A DNA stretch of 51,563 nt from Oligoflexales bacterium (GCA_947476525.1 CANJQY010000003.1:1-51563); one strand, 5' to 3'; positions 1 through 8,901 are shown, counted from the stretch's first letter. A program made the numbers and translations. Notes: generated by a model from the letters alone, not told the origin.

Positions 1-521
1 GCCATCAGCGGGAACAATCGCCACGAGTACGACGATTCTTGGTGTTGCAGGAAGTGCTGTTTTGACGCCCGCCGATTGTAATACAGCCGGTCAACAGAAT
101 TGTGTTGCGAAAACCACATACTTTGCAGGTACCGCGTGCGCAGCGAACGGCTCGGCCTGTTACCTGCCAACCTATGTCCAAAGCTCCCAAGACAAAAAAG
201 CGATCGACTTCTCGACGATTGACGCCACAAAAATGCTAACCACCTCTACCGTGTCGGGAGTGGTCGGAACGATTATAAACCAAGGCTCCTTGGCCCTCGC
301 GGCCACATTCCCAGGTGCAGGATACTATTCTGGCATAAGTGCCGCGCCATCAGCGGCAACAATCGCCACGAGTACGACGATTCTTGGTGTTGCAGGAAGT
401 GCAGCTTTGGCGCCCGCCAATTGTTCTACAGCCGGTGGCCAGAACTGTGTAGCGACTGGCAGTTACTATGCAGGAACCCTGTGCGCAGCAAACGGCTGGG
501 CTTGTTACCTGCCAACCTACG
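1..521 (+). repeat. Internal coding repeat, 345-nt (115-aa) period, Cys-containing
   Basis: 1-~176 aligns with 346-~521 (gccatcagcgg.aacaatcgccacgagtacgacgattcttggtgttgcaggaagtgc...tgttacctgccaaccta). Confidence 0.9.
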
Positions 522-1814
522 CTGCTACCACTCAGCCTTTCAAGGCTATTGATTACGATAATATTTCAGCCAATGCAGCTAAAATGCAGACTACACTTTC
601 TGTCGCTGGTGTGACAGGCACGATTGACCTCACAAACCTCACAGCCGGCAACATTAAATCAGGAGTCACCATCGCCGGGATTGCCGGCGACTACCCCTCT
701 GCGACCTATGCGCTTTCAAGTGCTCAGGCCGGCACAGCAGATCTTGAGAATGCGAATTTTGATGCCCAAGTGAAATCAGCCACTGCCTTTGAATATTGGA
801 ACTCTGCAGGCACTCGCCAAACAGGTGCCGGTGATGCAGATATCACGGCGGGAAATATCGCAAACGGCGTTTCAGTCTTTGGACTTTCAGGCACCCTCAC
901 AGGAGGCACAGCTCCTAATGCGTGGGATGTTCGCGTAGGTACTGTGGTCAACGGCGTCACGGGCAAACTTAAGGTCAACTGCCGTAACCGTGTTCGTTCT
1001 GCCGTGTACAATTCCGACGCAGCGGTTGGGTCACTGATCAATACAGGCATCACATCAGGCACGGCTATCGACTATTGGGACACCATTGACGACTATAATG
1101 TTGCCGTCTCAGGGCTTCCAACAGATGTCGTGACGGGATATGCCGGATGGACTACTAACAACGATTGTGGAGGCGTGGAAGCCTCAACCGATGATGTCAA
1201 CGTTTGGAAAGATGTCACCACAACTGGTGACGGTACGACTGCGTCAACTTGTGCTGGAACGGCTGCCCACTGCACCATGAAAGATAAAATCACAACCCTC
1301 CAGTGGAGTAAAATGGCCAACTTTAGCTTTACTAATTCGACTACGACGAACCTCAGCGCCACTCTTGTGGTTTCCTCTACGACCGGCTTAGTCGCAGGAA
1401 TGGTTGTCGCGGGAACTGGTATCCCCGCAAGCACTTATATTCTAAGTGTCGTCAATGGAACTAATCTAACCATGTCAGGGAATGCGACGGCCACAGCATC
1501 GACTGTGACGGTCACCGTAAACACCTCCCTCTGGAACGGAGCTGTGGCCTATTGCGATGGACTCAATCATAACGGTGCCACCGACTGGCGTATTCCTACT
1601 CAAAAGGAATTGCTGGAATCCTACGCCCACGGAGTGAGGTCTGCGGCCTCAGCCAATTGGATCACCGAGGCTCAGATTGACGCCGATTATTTCTGGTCCG
1701 GGTCCTCGGTTTCCTACAATACTAATTTACGCCTGGTACGTCAGCCGTGCTAAAGGCAGCACGAGCAACGGCAACAGCAAGACCAATCCTAACCAGGTCG
1801 TGTGTGTTCGCTAG
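2..1814 (+). pseudogene. DUF1566 (Lcl C-terminal / CLec fold) surface or fibre protein, probable DGR target; 5' end outside window; +1 frameshift at ~1727
   Basis: Frame is open from base 2. C-terminal motifs KDKITTLQWSK...WNGAVAYCDGL..G.TDWRIPTQKEL...YFWSGS are typical of DUF1566. Removing one T from TTT at 1726-1728 restores NYAWYVSRAKGSTSNGNSKTNPNQVVCVR*, the typical CLec ending, with stop at 1812-1814. Confidence 0.85.
1691..1814 (+). other. Candidate DGR variable repeat (VR)
   Basis: The last ~120 nt of the DUF1566 gene are rich in NNC/NNT codons (agc acg agc aac ggc aac agc aag acc aat cct aac), as expected from mutagenised AAC/AAT template codons. An RT remnant lies immediately downstream. 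No template repeat seen. Confidence 0.7.
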
Positions 1815-1878
1815 TGTTCCCCGGCATCCTGTTGTTTTTGCATTCTTTTTTAACGTTATTTGCTAATTCATCAAAAGT

Positions 1879-2480
1879 TTATATTTCTGTAAAATGGTGG
1901 CCATCATAATCCCAAAGTTCCTCAGAATCTGCAGATAATCCGGTAGTTGCTGTGGAAAATAAATCTGAAATGGTAGTGTTCAAAACGTGGTTTCTAAGTT
2001 TTGTAGTTGAGGTGTTTTTCAGCGAGCCATAGTCACCACGGACTACGCAGGTATTTGAGATGTCATATTGAGAAACCGTTTTGCAAAGTTGCTGCCGAAG
2101 GCGAAACGAGTCGGCATGTCCAAAATGCCCTAAGTAGCTGTTGATGCGAGGGATTAAGTCATTGAGATCGTCGTCTGGACCGAGTGCAGACAAATTGACC
2201 ACATGCGCAGCAGCTTTAATAACGCGTTTACGTGGGTACGTCCGGTTAGGCAGATGAAAGCCCCGAGATGATCCAGGCCCCGAGCAAGAGACGTTAGCAA
2301 AAAATTGAGTACGTAGATTTCCAATCGGTAGTCCTTTGCCCGCAACGACTTTGAACAGGCTTTTGTGAGGGGGGAACCTGAGCTAAAAACTTGGGCGATG
2401 ATGCCAATCGATGCTGATTTGGAGCGACGGGGTTGTGACGAATCGTGGTCCGGACCAAATCTCGAATCCGGCAACTAAAA
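1879..2480 (-). pseudogene. DGR-type reverse transcriptase remnant (frameshifted, internally deleted, 5'-truncated)
   Basis: Stitching minus-strand frames gives IRDLVRTTIRHNP...LAQVP/PHKSLFKVVAGKGLPIGNLRTQFFANV // LARGLDHLGAFI/PNRTYPRKRVIK...IPRINSYLGHFGHADSFRLRQQL. These match RT domain 4 (GLPIGNLTSQ..AN), domain 7 (GIDFLG) and the DGR C-terminal NSYLGH motif. The YxDD region is missing at the ~2290 junction. Confidence 0.88.
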
Positions 2481-2531
2481 TCGTCAACCAAGAATAATCG
2501 CGAAGAGAGTATAATGTGTGTTGCTACTACA
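2479..2531. repeat. 53-bp junction element, copy 1 (ends in TGTGTGTTGCTACTACA)
   Basis: 46/53 identical to 8849-8901 by manual alignment. Confidence 0.85.
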
Positions 2532-2556
2532 CATTCGCTTTGAGGCGCAAAAAGGG

Positions 2557-2610
2557 TGTCGTGCCGCAATAATCAATGTTGATGAATTCATTGATTATTT
2601 CGGTACTACA
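2557..2610. repeat. TGT...ACA-bounded imperfect palindrome (MITE-like hairpin A)
   Basis: Arms TGTCGTGCCGCAATAATCAATG / CATTGATTATTTCGGTACTACA, 19/22 complementary. A second, degraded copy starts at 9882. Confidence 0.8.
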
Positions 2611-2791
2611 GCTCGCAAAAATTCTTCGGTTGTTTCGCCTTTGCGAAGTGAAAGTGACAGCGAGGCAAGACACTTGCTTAGAAGTTCAATAAGAATGACT
2701 TTCTTACTAGTATATTTGTGAATACTTTCACAGAATATCATGGTAAAATGTGAATTTAACCTCGTTTTAGAATGGTAAATAGGGTGGAGTT

Positions 2792-4114
2792 GTGGCATTT
2801 GATCGAATTAAGTACCTAAATATCATAAAGTTATGGTATGAAAAAGAAAAACCAAAACCGTTGCTACTTTGGGGGGCGCGACAGGTTGGGAAAACCCACC
2901 TGATGAGACGTGCTGCAGAGATGCATTTTCCCAATAATTTATACCTAAATTTTGAAAAGGAAAAAGGCTTAGCGGAACTCTTTCGAGAGTCTCTCGCTCC
3001 TGAAAAAATTATATATAATCTTTCGCTTCATCTTGAACGAAAAATTGACCCAACGTTAACCGTTTTAATCTTTGATGAGATTCAAGAATGCGATGATGCA
3101 CTGAACAGTTTAAAATATTTTGCCGAATCGACTCATCCATATAAGGTGATCGCAGCTGGATCTCTCCTGGGTGTAAAAAGGAGCAAAAAAGGCTTCCCCG
3201 TTGGGCAGGTGCAGTTTCTTGATATCCATCCTCTCAGTTTTGTCGAATTTCTAGAGTTTAAAGGTCACGCAAAACTGAGCAAGGAACTGGCTCGCGCAAC
3301 ATCTCCTCAGGATTTTCCACAAGCCTTTCACGCATCCCTGCTGCAACATCAAAGAGAGTATTGTTGGACAGGAGGCATGCCCGAAGTTGTAACGACTTTT
3401 GTTAATAATCCTTCAAACCCAAAAGGCGTACGGGAAGTTCAAAATCAAATATTACAATCCTATCAACTGGATTTCGCAAAACATGCACCTTCTGATCTTG
3501 TTAGTAAAATTAGCGCAGTTTTTGACCAAATCCCGCAACTTCTTGCAAAGGAAAATAAGAAGTTTACCTACTCTGGTATCGGAGCAAATGCCAGATCTCG
3601 CGATTTTTCCGACGCTCTGACTTGGCTGATTGACGCTCGCATAGTTCAAAAGGTTAAAAATATTTCTCGAATTGAACTTCCTTTAGCAGCTCACGCGTCG
3701 GCCAATATCTTTAAAATTTATCCATTAGACGTTGGACTTCTCGGAGCGTTACTGGAGGTGCCAGCAAAAACTATTTTGGAATTAGAAGGTGTGTTTAACA
3801 ATTTTAAAGGTGCCTTGGCAGAATGTTTTGTTGCACAGGAACTTTTAGCACATGAATTCGAAAAACTTTATTACTGGACCAGCCAGGGAACTGCAGAAAT
3901 TGATTTTGTCATTCAAAGAGAAACCCAAGTGCTTCCTCTTGAAGTTAAATCTGGGGTAAATGTGAAATCAAAAAGCCTTAAGTCCTTTGGTGACCAATAT
4001 CCCCTATGTAAACTTTCTCGCTGCTCAACAAAAAAATTTGAAGTGCAGGGCAAGGTTACAAACTACCCACTTTACGCCATATCGTTGTTTGCCAGAAATG
4101 TGAGCGACGTCTAA
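2792..4114 (+). CDS. AAA+ ATPase, AAA_14 + DUF4143 (COG1373) family
   Basis: Walker A GARQVGKT, Walker B LIFDEIQ, TGGMPE, FKIYPLDVGLL and C-terminal EIDFVI...PLEVKSG nuclease-like motif. Confidence 0.92.
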   Translation: MAFDRIKYLNIIKLWYEKEKPKPLLLWGARQVGKTHLMRRAAEMHFPNNLYLNFEKEKGLAELFRESLAPEKIIYNLSLHLERKIDPTLTVLIFDEIQECDDALNSLKYFAESTHPYKVIAAGSLLGVKRSKKGFPVGQVQFLDIHPLSFVEFLEFKGHAKLSKELARATSPQDFPQAFHASLLQHQREYCWTGGMPEVVTTFVNNPSNPKGVREVQNQILQSYQLDFAKHAPSDLVSKISAVFDQIPQLLAKENKKFTYSGIGANARSRDFSDALTWLIDARIVQKVKNISRIELPLAAHASANIFKIYPLDVGLLGALLEVPAKTILELEGVFNNFKGALAECFVAQELLAHEFEKLYYWTSQGTAEIDFVIQRETQVLPLEVKSGVNVKSKSLKSFGDQYPLCKLSRCSTKKFEVQGKVTNYPLYAISLFARNVSDV

Positions 4115-4204
4115 AACATCAGAAATTTTGCCTGCAAGTGATAGCAGCCGGCTGAAAACTACAGTATTTGACCTACAGGGGATAAATCCATGGATTATGC
4201 CCTT

Positions 4205-4366
4205 GCACAGCTTATTTCTTTAACGTCGTCATGAAAGACCCAACCGGATCAGTGGACATGGTGGTTTACAACGGCGTCACGGCGACGCCTTAAGACGGCG
4301 GAAGATTGAAAGGTGGCGATATCGATTTATTGATCGTTGTTGAAGATGAGCCATTTGCACGCAAGT
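4205..4366 (+). repeat. Direct repeat copy 1 (copy of the DUF285 gene 3' end plus nucleotidyltransferase fragment start)
   Basis: Aligns with 8507-8674 with ~6 substitutions and one 6-bp indel. Confidence 0.93.
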
Positions 4367-4470
4367 ATGCATTCTCTAGGGGTGAATAGCTGGCAATAAA
4401 TCCGCAATCTTCCAAATCCTGCAAAACGGCAGATATCGAGTTGCTATAGCCATCTTTGATACTCCTTGAC
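4367..4470 (-). pseudogene. Short internal fragment of a probable archaeal-ATPase (COG1672-like) gene
   Basis: SISAVLQDLEDCGFIASYSP resembles the winged-helix segment L..LE.CGFI..Y.P of these ATPases. Very short match. Confidence 0.4.
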
Positions 4471-4478
4471 ACTAGCTG

Positions 4479-4570
4479 TTTGGCCAATTATAGCATTTTT
4501 GTATGTAATTGGCCAAAATATAGAAAGATTTTTTGGCCAATTATGACATTTTTGTATCTAATTGGCCAAA
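4479..4570. repeat. Two tandem 39-bp palindromic units with four TTGGCCAA cores
   Basis: 4479-4517 and 4532-4570, each TTTGGCCAATTA-N15-TAATTGGCCAAA; 53-bp period. Confidence 0.9.
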
Positions 4571-4777
4571 GTTCCCGATGCCGGTCAAGAGTTTGGAAAA
4601 CATTCCCGCGTTTACGAACTTTTCGTCATCAGAATAAGTTAATGGACGACGTTTGTAATGGACGACGTTAGTCACCAAATAAGCAGCTAAAATCCCTATA
4701 GCAAAATAAAATTTATCGTTATTTAGCCATCAAATTCAGCTAGTTGCCACCCCCCCCCAGTTCTTGAGTTGGTGAGC

Positions 4778-4804
4778 TAAAGTTTTGATGGGTTTTGCCG
4801 ATAA
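4778..4804 (+). promoter_or_regulatory. Sigma-28 (FliA) promoter
   Basis: TAAAGTTT-N11-GCCGATAA, an exact match to the FliA consensus, ~70 nt upstream of the ATG at 4876. Confidence 0.85.
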
Positions 4805-4875
4805 GAAATTTGTAAGTAGAAGGATTCGTTTTTATTGGTATTTTGTGACGATTTTTAAGAAAAGTGGGGGGCTGG

Positions 4876-7800
4876 ATGAATTTTCAAAATATTTTAATTT
4901 ATTTAGCCTTGAGCACCCTTACGGCAGGCTGTAAGAGTGAAATTAAAGTGGCCTCCTTAGTCCGCGGATCAAGTAGCACCGACGTCCCAACGATTGTCAT
5001 TGGCGAGCCCTCAGCACTCATCGCGATCGCTACAGACTTGATCACGTTTGACGTCGTTTATACCAATGCTGTGAGCATGGACCTTACCGCAGCAGACGTC
5101 GTCATTTCGGGAGGCCCTAAGGCCACCGCAACGATTGTTTCCAGCACAACGGAAAAAGCAACGGTGCAGCTGACTAATTTTACGGGTGATGGACCTCTTC
5201 AGATTTCCATTGCGGAAAAAACATCCGTCGGTCATAGAAAAAAAGAAGATAAGGGCGCAGGCCCGAGCACTGTCGTTACCGTTGATAATACGAAGCCACT
5301 TGTACCCAACCTGACGCCGGCAAGTACCACTTACACGGGCTCTCAGGTGATGACGTTTGCACAAAACGCCACTGCAGATGTTAACTTTAAAGAATTTAGA
5401 TATACGACCACGGGCACAGCCCCGACCTCGTGTAGTGACGGCACGGCAAGCACAGGCACTTATACGGCCACCGGTACGGTGACCCAGACGATCAAGGTGG
5501 TTGCGTGTGATAAGGCTGGACTCATGTCGGAGACCGCGGCGTCCTCCACTTTAACGTATGCGACAGCAGGTCCGACAGTCACAGCTGTGACCTCAACAAA
5601 AACGAACGGTTCTTATAAAGTGGGCGAAGTGATTGGGATTACGGTTACGTTTTCTGAATCTGTAACCGTTACAGGTACGCCGCAATTGACTCTTGAAACC
5701 GGTACTACTGATGCGGTCGTCAATTATACAAGTGGATCTCCTGGCCTAACCTTAACCTTTAACTACACGGTTGCGTCCGGAGATACGTCCGCAGATCTAG
5801 ACTACGCTTCGACGACAGCCCTCGCCCTCAACGGAGGCACGATTAAAGATACAGCCCTCAACAACGCCACTCTCACCCTCGTCGCCCCAAGCACGACGAC
5901 CGGTGCTACGATCGCCAACGGCAAGGCCATCGTGATTGACACCACTCTGCCAGTCATCGCCTACACGTCGATATCTCCGACCTCTCCAGGAACCAGTGCA
6001 ACACCATCCATTACAATGTCTCTTTCGGAAGCTTCTTCAGCCTCATCTCTGGAATTATTTAGCAACGTTGGATGTACCACATCAATCTCTACTGCGGTGC
6101 CCGGAACCTCAGGCAGCAACGCGGTGACGACCTCCACGTTGACAGCCAATGCGACTACGACTATTTACGCAAAAATGACAGACGTCGCAGGAAACGCATC
6201 AACCTGTACGAGCATGGTCTCTTATCTTTACGACACTCCTCCTACAGCTGGAACGTTTTCGGCTTCTACCGGTAAAACTGTGACCGGCTTCACACTCAAT
6301 TGGTCCGTGGCCAGTGACGTCGTCACAACGGCTGCAAGCTTACAATATTTGGTGTGTTCTGGGGCATCAACCGCTGCCCTTGACACGGTGGCAGAATGTG
6401 ACGGGGCGACACAAGAAATGGCTTACACGGCCAACGTATTGACACTAGCTATCACGGGGAAAACGGCCTCTACCACCTATTACTATAACGTTATCGTTAA
6501 AGATGCGGCGGGCAACAAATCACTCTACGACGGCCTCACTCAAGCCACCAGCACCACTCCGACCATTAGCATCACGGATCCGGACGGCACCGGTGACTCG
6601 GTCTCGGAATCGACCTACCCTGTTGCTATCACGGCAGCTGCCCCCGACACGGTTGGGACGATCAATCTGTATTACCACACAGTCAACACCAGCTGCACCG
6701 CAGGACTTTCTGGGTGGACCTCGATCGTGAGCTCACTTGCCGAAAATACCACGTCCTATGCGTGGAATACCACAGCCCTAGCTAGCGGCAAATATTACGT
6801 CTGTGGAGTCATCACGGACGGTTCCTCCACCGTGTACTCGGTGTCCTCAGGGATGTTGACCGTCAAAGCGTTTATTAGCACCTGGGATACGACAAAAACG
6901 GGTTCAGCTAACACGACTATTGTCTTGCCACTCAGCAGCACCGGTACCTACAACTTCACAGTTGACTGGGGTGACGGATCATCCAACACCATCACCGCGT
7001 GGAATGACGCCAACAAAACCCACGTCTACGCGGCGGGTGGAACCAAGACCCTTACCATCACCGGAACTTTGACCGGATGGGTTTTTAACAACACTGGCGA
7101 CAAGAGAAAGATTACGAATATATCCCAATGGGGATCCTTTAGATTCGGCACCATGGAGGGCGGCTATTTTTACGGCGCAAACAATTTGACCATCACCGCC
7201 ACAGATATCCCGGACCTCACTGGCACAACAAGCATGAACCAAGCATTTAGAAACTGTGGGTCGCTGACAACTGTTCCCAGCATGAATAGCTGGAACACCG
7301 CAGCAGTCACCAACATGTCGTTCATGTTCAGCTATGCCAGCACCTTCAACCAAAATATCGGCAGCTGGAACACCGCTGCGGTCACCGACATGTCGAGCAT
7401 GTTCTTAGGCGCCAGCACCTTCAACCAAAATATTGGCGGCTGGAACACCGCAGCGGTAACGGCTATGTCGAGCATGTTCAACAGCGCCAGCACCTTCAAC
7501 CAAAATATCAGCGGCTGGGTCACCACAGCGGTTACTACTATGGCGAACATGTTCCTGAGCGCCACCGTCTTCAACCAAGATATCGGCAGCTGGAACACCG
7601 CTGCTGTCACCAACATGTCGTCCATGTTATACGGCGCCACCGTCTTCAACCAAGATATCAGCAGCTGGAACACCGCAGCGGTCACCAACATGTCGTTCAT
7701 GTTCTACGGCGCCAGCACCTTCAACCTAAATATCGGCAGCTGGAACACCGCAGCGGTCACCAACATGTCGTCCATGTTCTCTGGGGCCTCCGCCTTTAAT

Positions 7801-8601
7801 CAGAACATTGGCAGCTGGAATACGGCAGCAGTCACGAATATGTTCGAAGTGTTCTACTATGCCACCGCCTTCAACCAAAATATCAGCAGCTGGAGCACCG
7901 CAGCGGTCACGACTATGTATGGCATGTTCTACGGCGCCACCGCCTTCAACCAAGATATTAGCGGCTGGAACACCGCAGCAGTCACGAGTATGCGGAGCAT
8001 GTTCTACGGCGCCACCGCCTTCAACCAAGATATTAGCGGCTGGAACACCGTAGCAGTCACGGAAATGACGAGCATGTTCACCCTTGCCACTGCCTTTTCT
8101 ACCCTCAATTATGATTCATTTTTGATTGCTCTCACGAAGTTCCCAGTCAAAGCAGCGGCAATTTGGCTAGGTGCGGCTGCAAAGTACTCTAACGGTACAG
8201 CTGCCACTGCGAGAGCTGCGCTTGTAGCACAATCCCCAGCTTGGACAATCACTGACGGTGGAGTTAACACAACCTGGCCTACCTCAGGGGCTTTTGCGGC
8301 GACGACGAATCTTGCGGCGACGACACTTACACTTAATTGGACCAAGGGGTCGGATACAGGTACGGCTCAGAATTTACTTGAATACTATGTTTGCACAGCA
8401 GCTACAGCGAACTCCATCGATACCGTTGGAGAGTGTTTAGCCGCCGCAGGAGGTAGCGGCTGGACCGCGGATATCGCAACAATGAATGTGACGACGTTGA
8501 CTGCTAGCACAACTTATTTCTTTAACGTCGTTATGAGAGACCCAACCGGATCAGTGGACATGGTGATATACAACGGCGTCACGGCGACGACTACGCCTTA
8601 A
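4876..8601 (+). CDS. Large surface lipoprotein: Thr-rich Ig-like domains, two FN3-like domains, PKD-like segment and DUF285 (BspA-type) repeats
   Basis: Lipobox LTAG-C. VDWGDG motif. Eleven 25-aa repeats WNTAAVTNMSSMF.GA..FNQ.I.S. Two homologous TLNW...YxxNV..xD FN3-like units. Confidence 0.9.
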   Translation: MNFQNILIYLALSTLTAGCKSEIKVASLVRGSSSTDVPTIVIGEPSALIAIATDLITFDVVYTNAVSMDLTAADVVISGGPKATATIVSSTTEKATVQLTNFTGDGPLQISIAEKTSVGHRKKEDKGAGPSTVVTVDNTKPLVPNLTPASTTYTGSQVMTFAQNATADVNFKEFRYTTTGTAPTSCSDGTASTGTYTATGTVTQTIKVVACDKAGLMSETAASSTLTYATAGPTVTAVTSTKTNGSYKVGEVIGITVTFSESVTVTGTPQLTLETGTTDAVVNYTSGSPGLTLTFNYTVASGDTSADLDYASTTALALNGGTIKDTALNNATLTLVAPSTTTGATIANGKAIVIDTTLPVIAYTSISPTSPGTSATPSITMSLSEASSASSLELFSNVGCTTSISTAVPGTSGSNAVTTSTLTANATTTIYAKMTDVAGNASTCTSMVSYLYDTPPTAGTFSASTGKTVTGFTLNWSVASDVVTTAASLQYLVCSGASTAALDTVAECDGATQEMAYTANVLTLAITGKTASTTYYYNVIVKDAAGNKSLYDGLTQATSTTPTISITDPDGTGDSVSESTYPVAITAAAPDTVGTINLYYHTVNTSCTAGLSGWTSIVSSLAENTTSYAWNTTALASGKYYVCGVITDGSSTVYSVSSGMLTVKAFISTWDTTKTGSANTTIVLPLSSTGTYNFTVDWGDGSSNTITAWNDANKTHVYAAGGTKTLTITGTLTGWVFNNTGDKRKITNISQWGSFRFGTMEGGYFYGANNLTITATDIPDLTGTTSMNQAFRNCGSLTTVPSMNSWNTAAVTNMSFMFSYASTFNQNIGSWNTAAVTDMSSMFLGASTFNQNIGGWNTAAVTAMSSMFNSASTFNQNISGWVTTAVTTMANMFLSATVFNQDIGSWNTAAVTNMSSMLYGATVFNQDISSWNTAAVTNMSFMFYGASTFNLNIGSWNTAAVTNMSSMFSGASAFNQNIGSWNTAAVTNMFEVFYYATAFNQNISSWSTAAVTTMYGMFYGATAFNQDISGWNTAAVTSMRSMFYGATAFNQDISGWNTVAVTEMTSMFTLATAFSTLNYDSFLIALTKFPVKAAAIWLGAAAKYSNGTAATARAALVAQSPAWTITDGGVNTTWPTSGAFAATTNLAATTLTLNWTKGSDTGTAQNLLEYYVCTAATANSIDTVGECLAAAGGSGWTADIATMNVTTLTASTTYFFNVVMRDPTGSVDMVIYNGVTATTTP
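7291..8100 (+). repeat. 75-nt coding tandem repeat, 11 units (DUF285)
   Basis: tggaacaccgc-type starts every 75 nt from 7291 to 8041. Confidence 0.95.
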
Positions 8602-8674
8602 GACGGCGGAAGATTGAAAGGTGGCGATATCGATTTATTGATCGTTGTTGAAGATGAGCCATTTGCACTCAAGT
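8507..8674 (+). repeat. Direct repeat copy 2
   Basis: Aligns with 4205-4366. Confidence 0.93.
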
Positions 8675-8829
8675 TGAGCGGTCGACGTTTCGAAATAATT
8701 GCTGATTTTAAGAAAAATATCGGCGACCGCCGCATTGACCTCTCAATTTTATCCAAAGGTGCCATAAGCACTGAGCCATTTTGGATTGCGACCTTTCCTC
8801 CCGCGCGCCAGCTTCATCAGTGGAGTTGA
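8602..8829 (+). pseudogene. N-terminally truncated minimal nucleotidyltransferase (MNT antitoxin-like)
   Basis: KGGDIDLLIV...IGDRRIDL is present, but the upstream FGSR motif is replaced by the end of the DUF285 gene. Confidence 0.75.
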
Positions 8830-8848
8830 CGGGCATTTTTTCGACAAT

Positions 8849-8901
8849 AATCGTCAACCAAAAGAAATTGCGAAAAGCGTACAATGTGTGTTGCTACTAC
8901 A
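8849..8901. repeat. 53-bp junction element, copy 2
   Basis: 46/53 identical to 2479-2531. Confidence 0.85.

Noticed and set aside
2479-2531. The 53-bp element as a degenerate DGR template repeat (CGTCAACC...TGTGTGTTGCTA resembles VR CGTCAGCC...TGTGTGTTCGCTA)
   Set aside because: Only the two ends resemble the VR; the interior is much shorter and unalignable, and it is opposite in orientation to the RT. No TR found in the window.
7291-8100. CRISPR array
   Set aside because: In-frame 75-nt coding repeats with no unique spacers and no cas genes. The same applies to the heptamer VNTR at 14039.
4205-8674. The ~165-bp repeat pair as a DGR TR/VR pair
   Set aside because: Mismatches (G/A, C/T, A/G, G/A, T/A, G/T) are not restricted to adenines of one copy, and the region is not a CLec domain.
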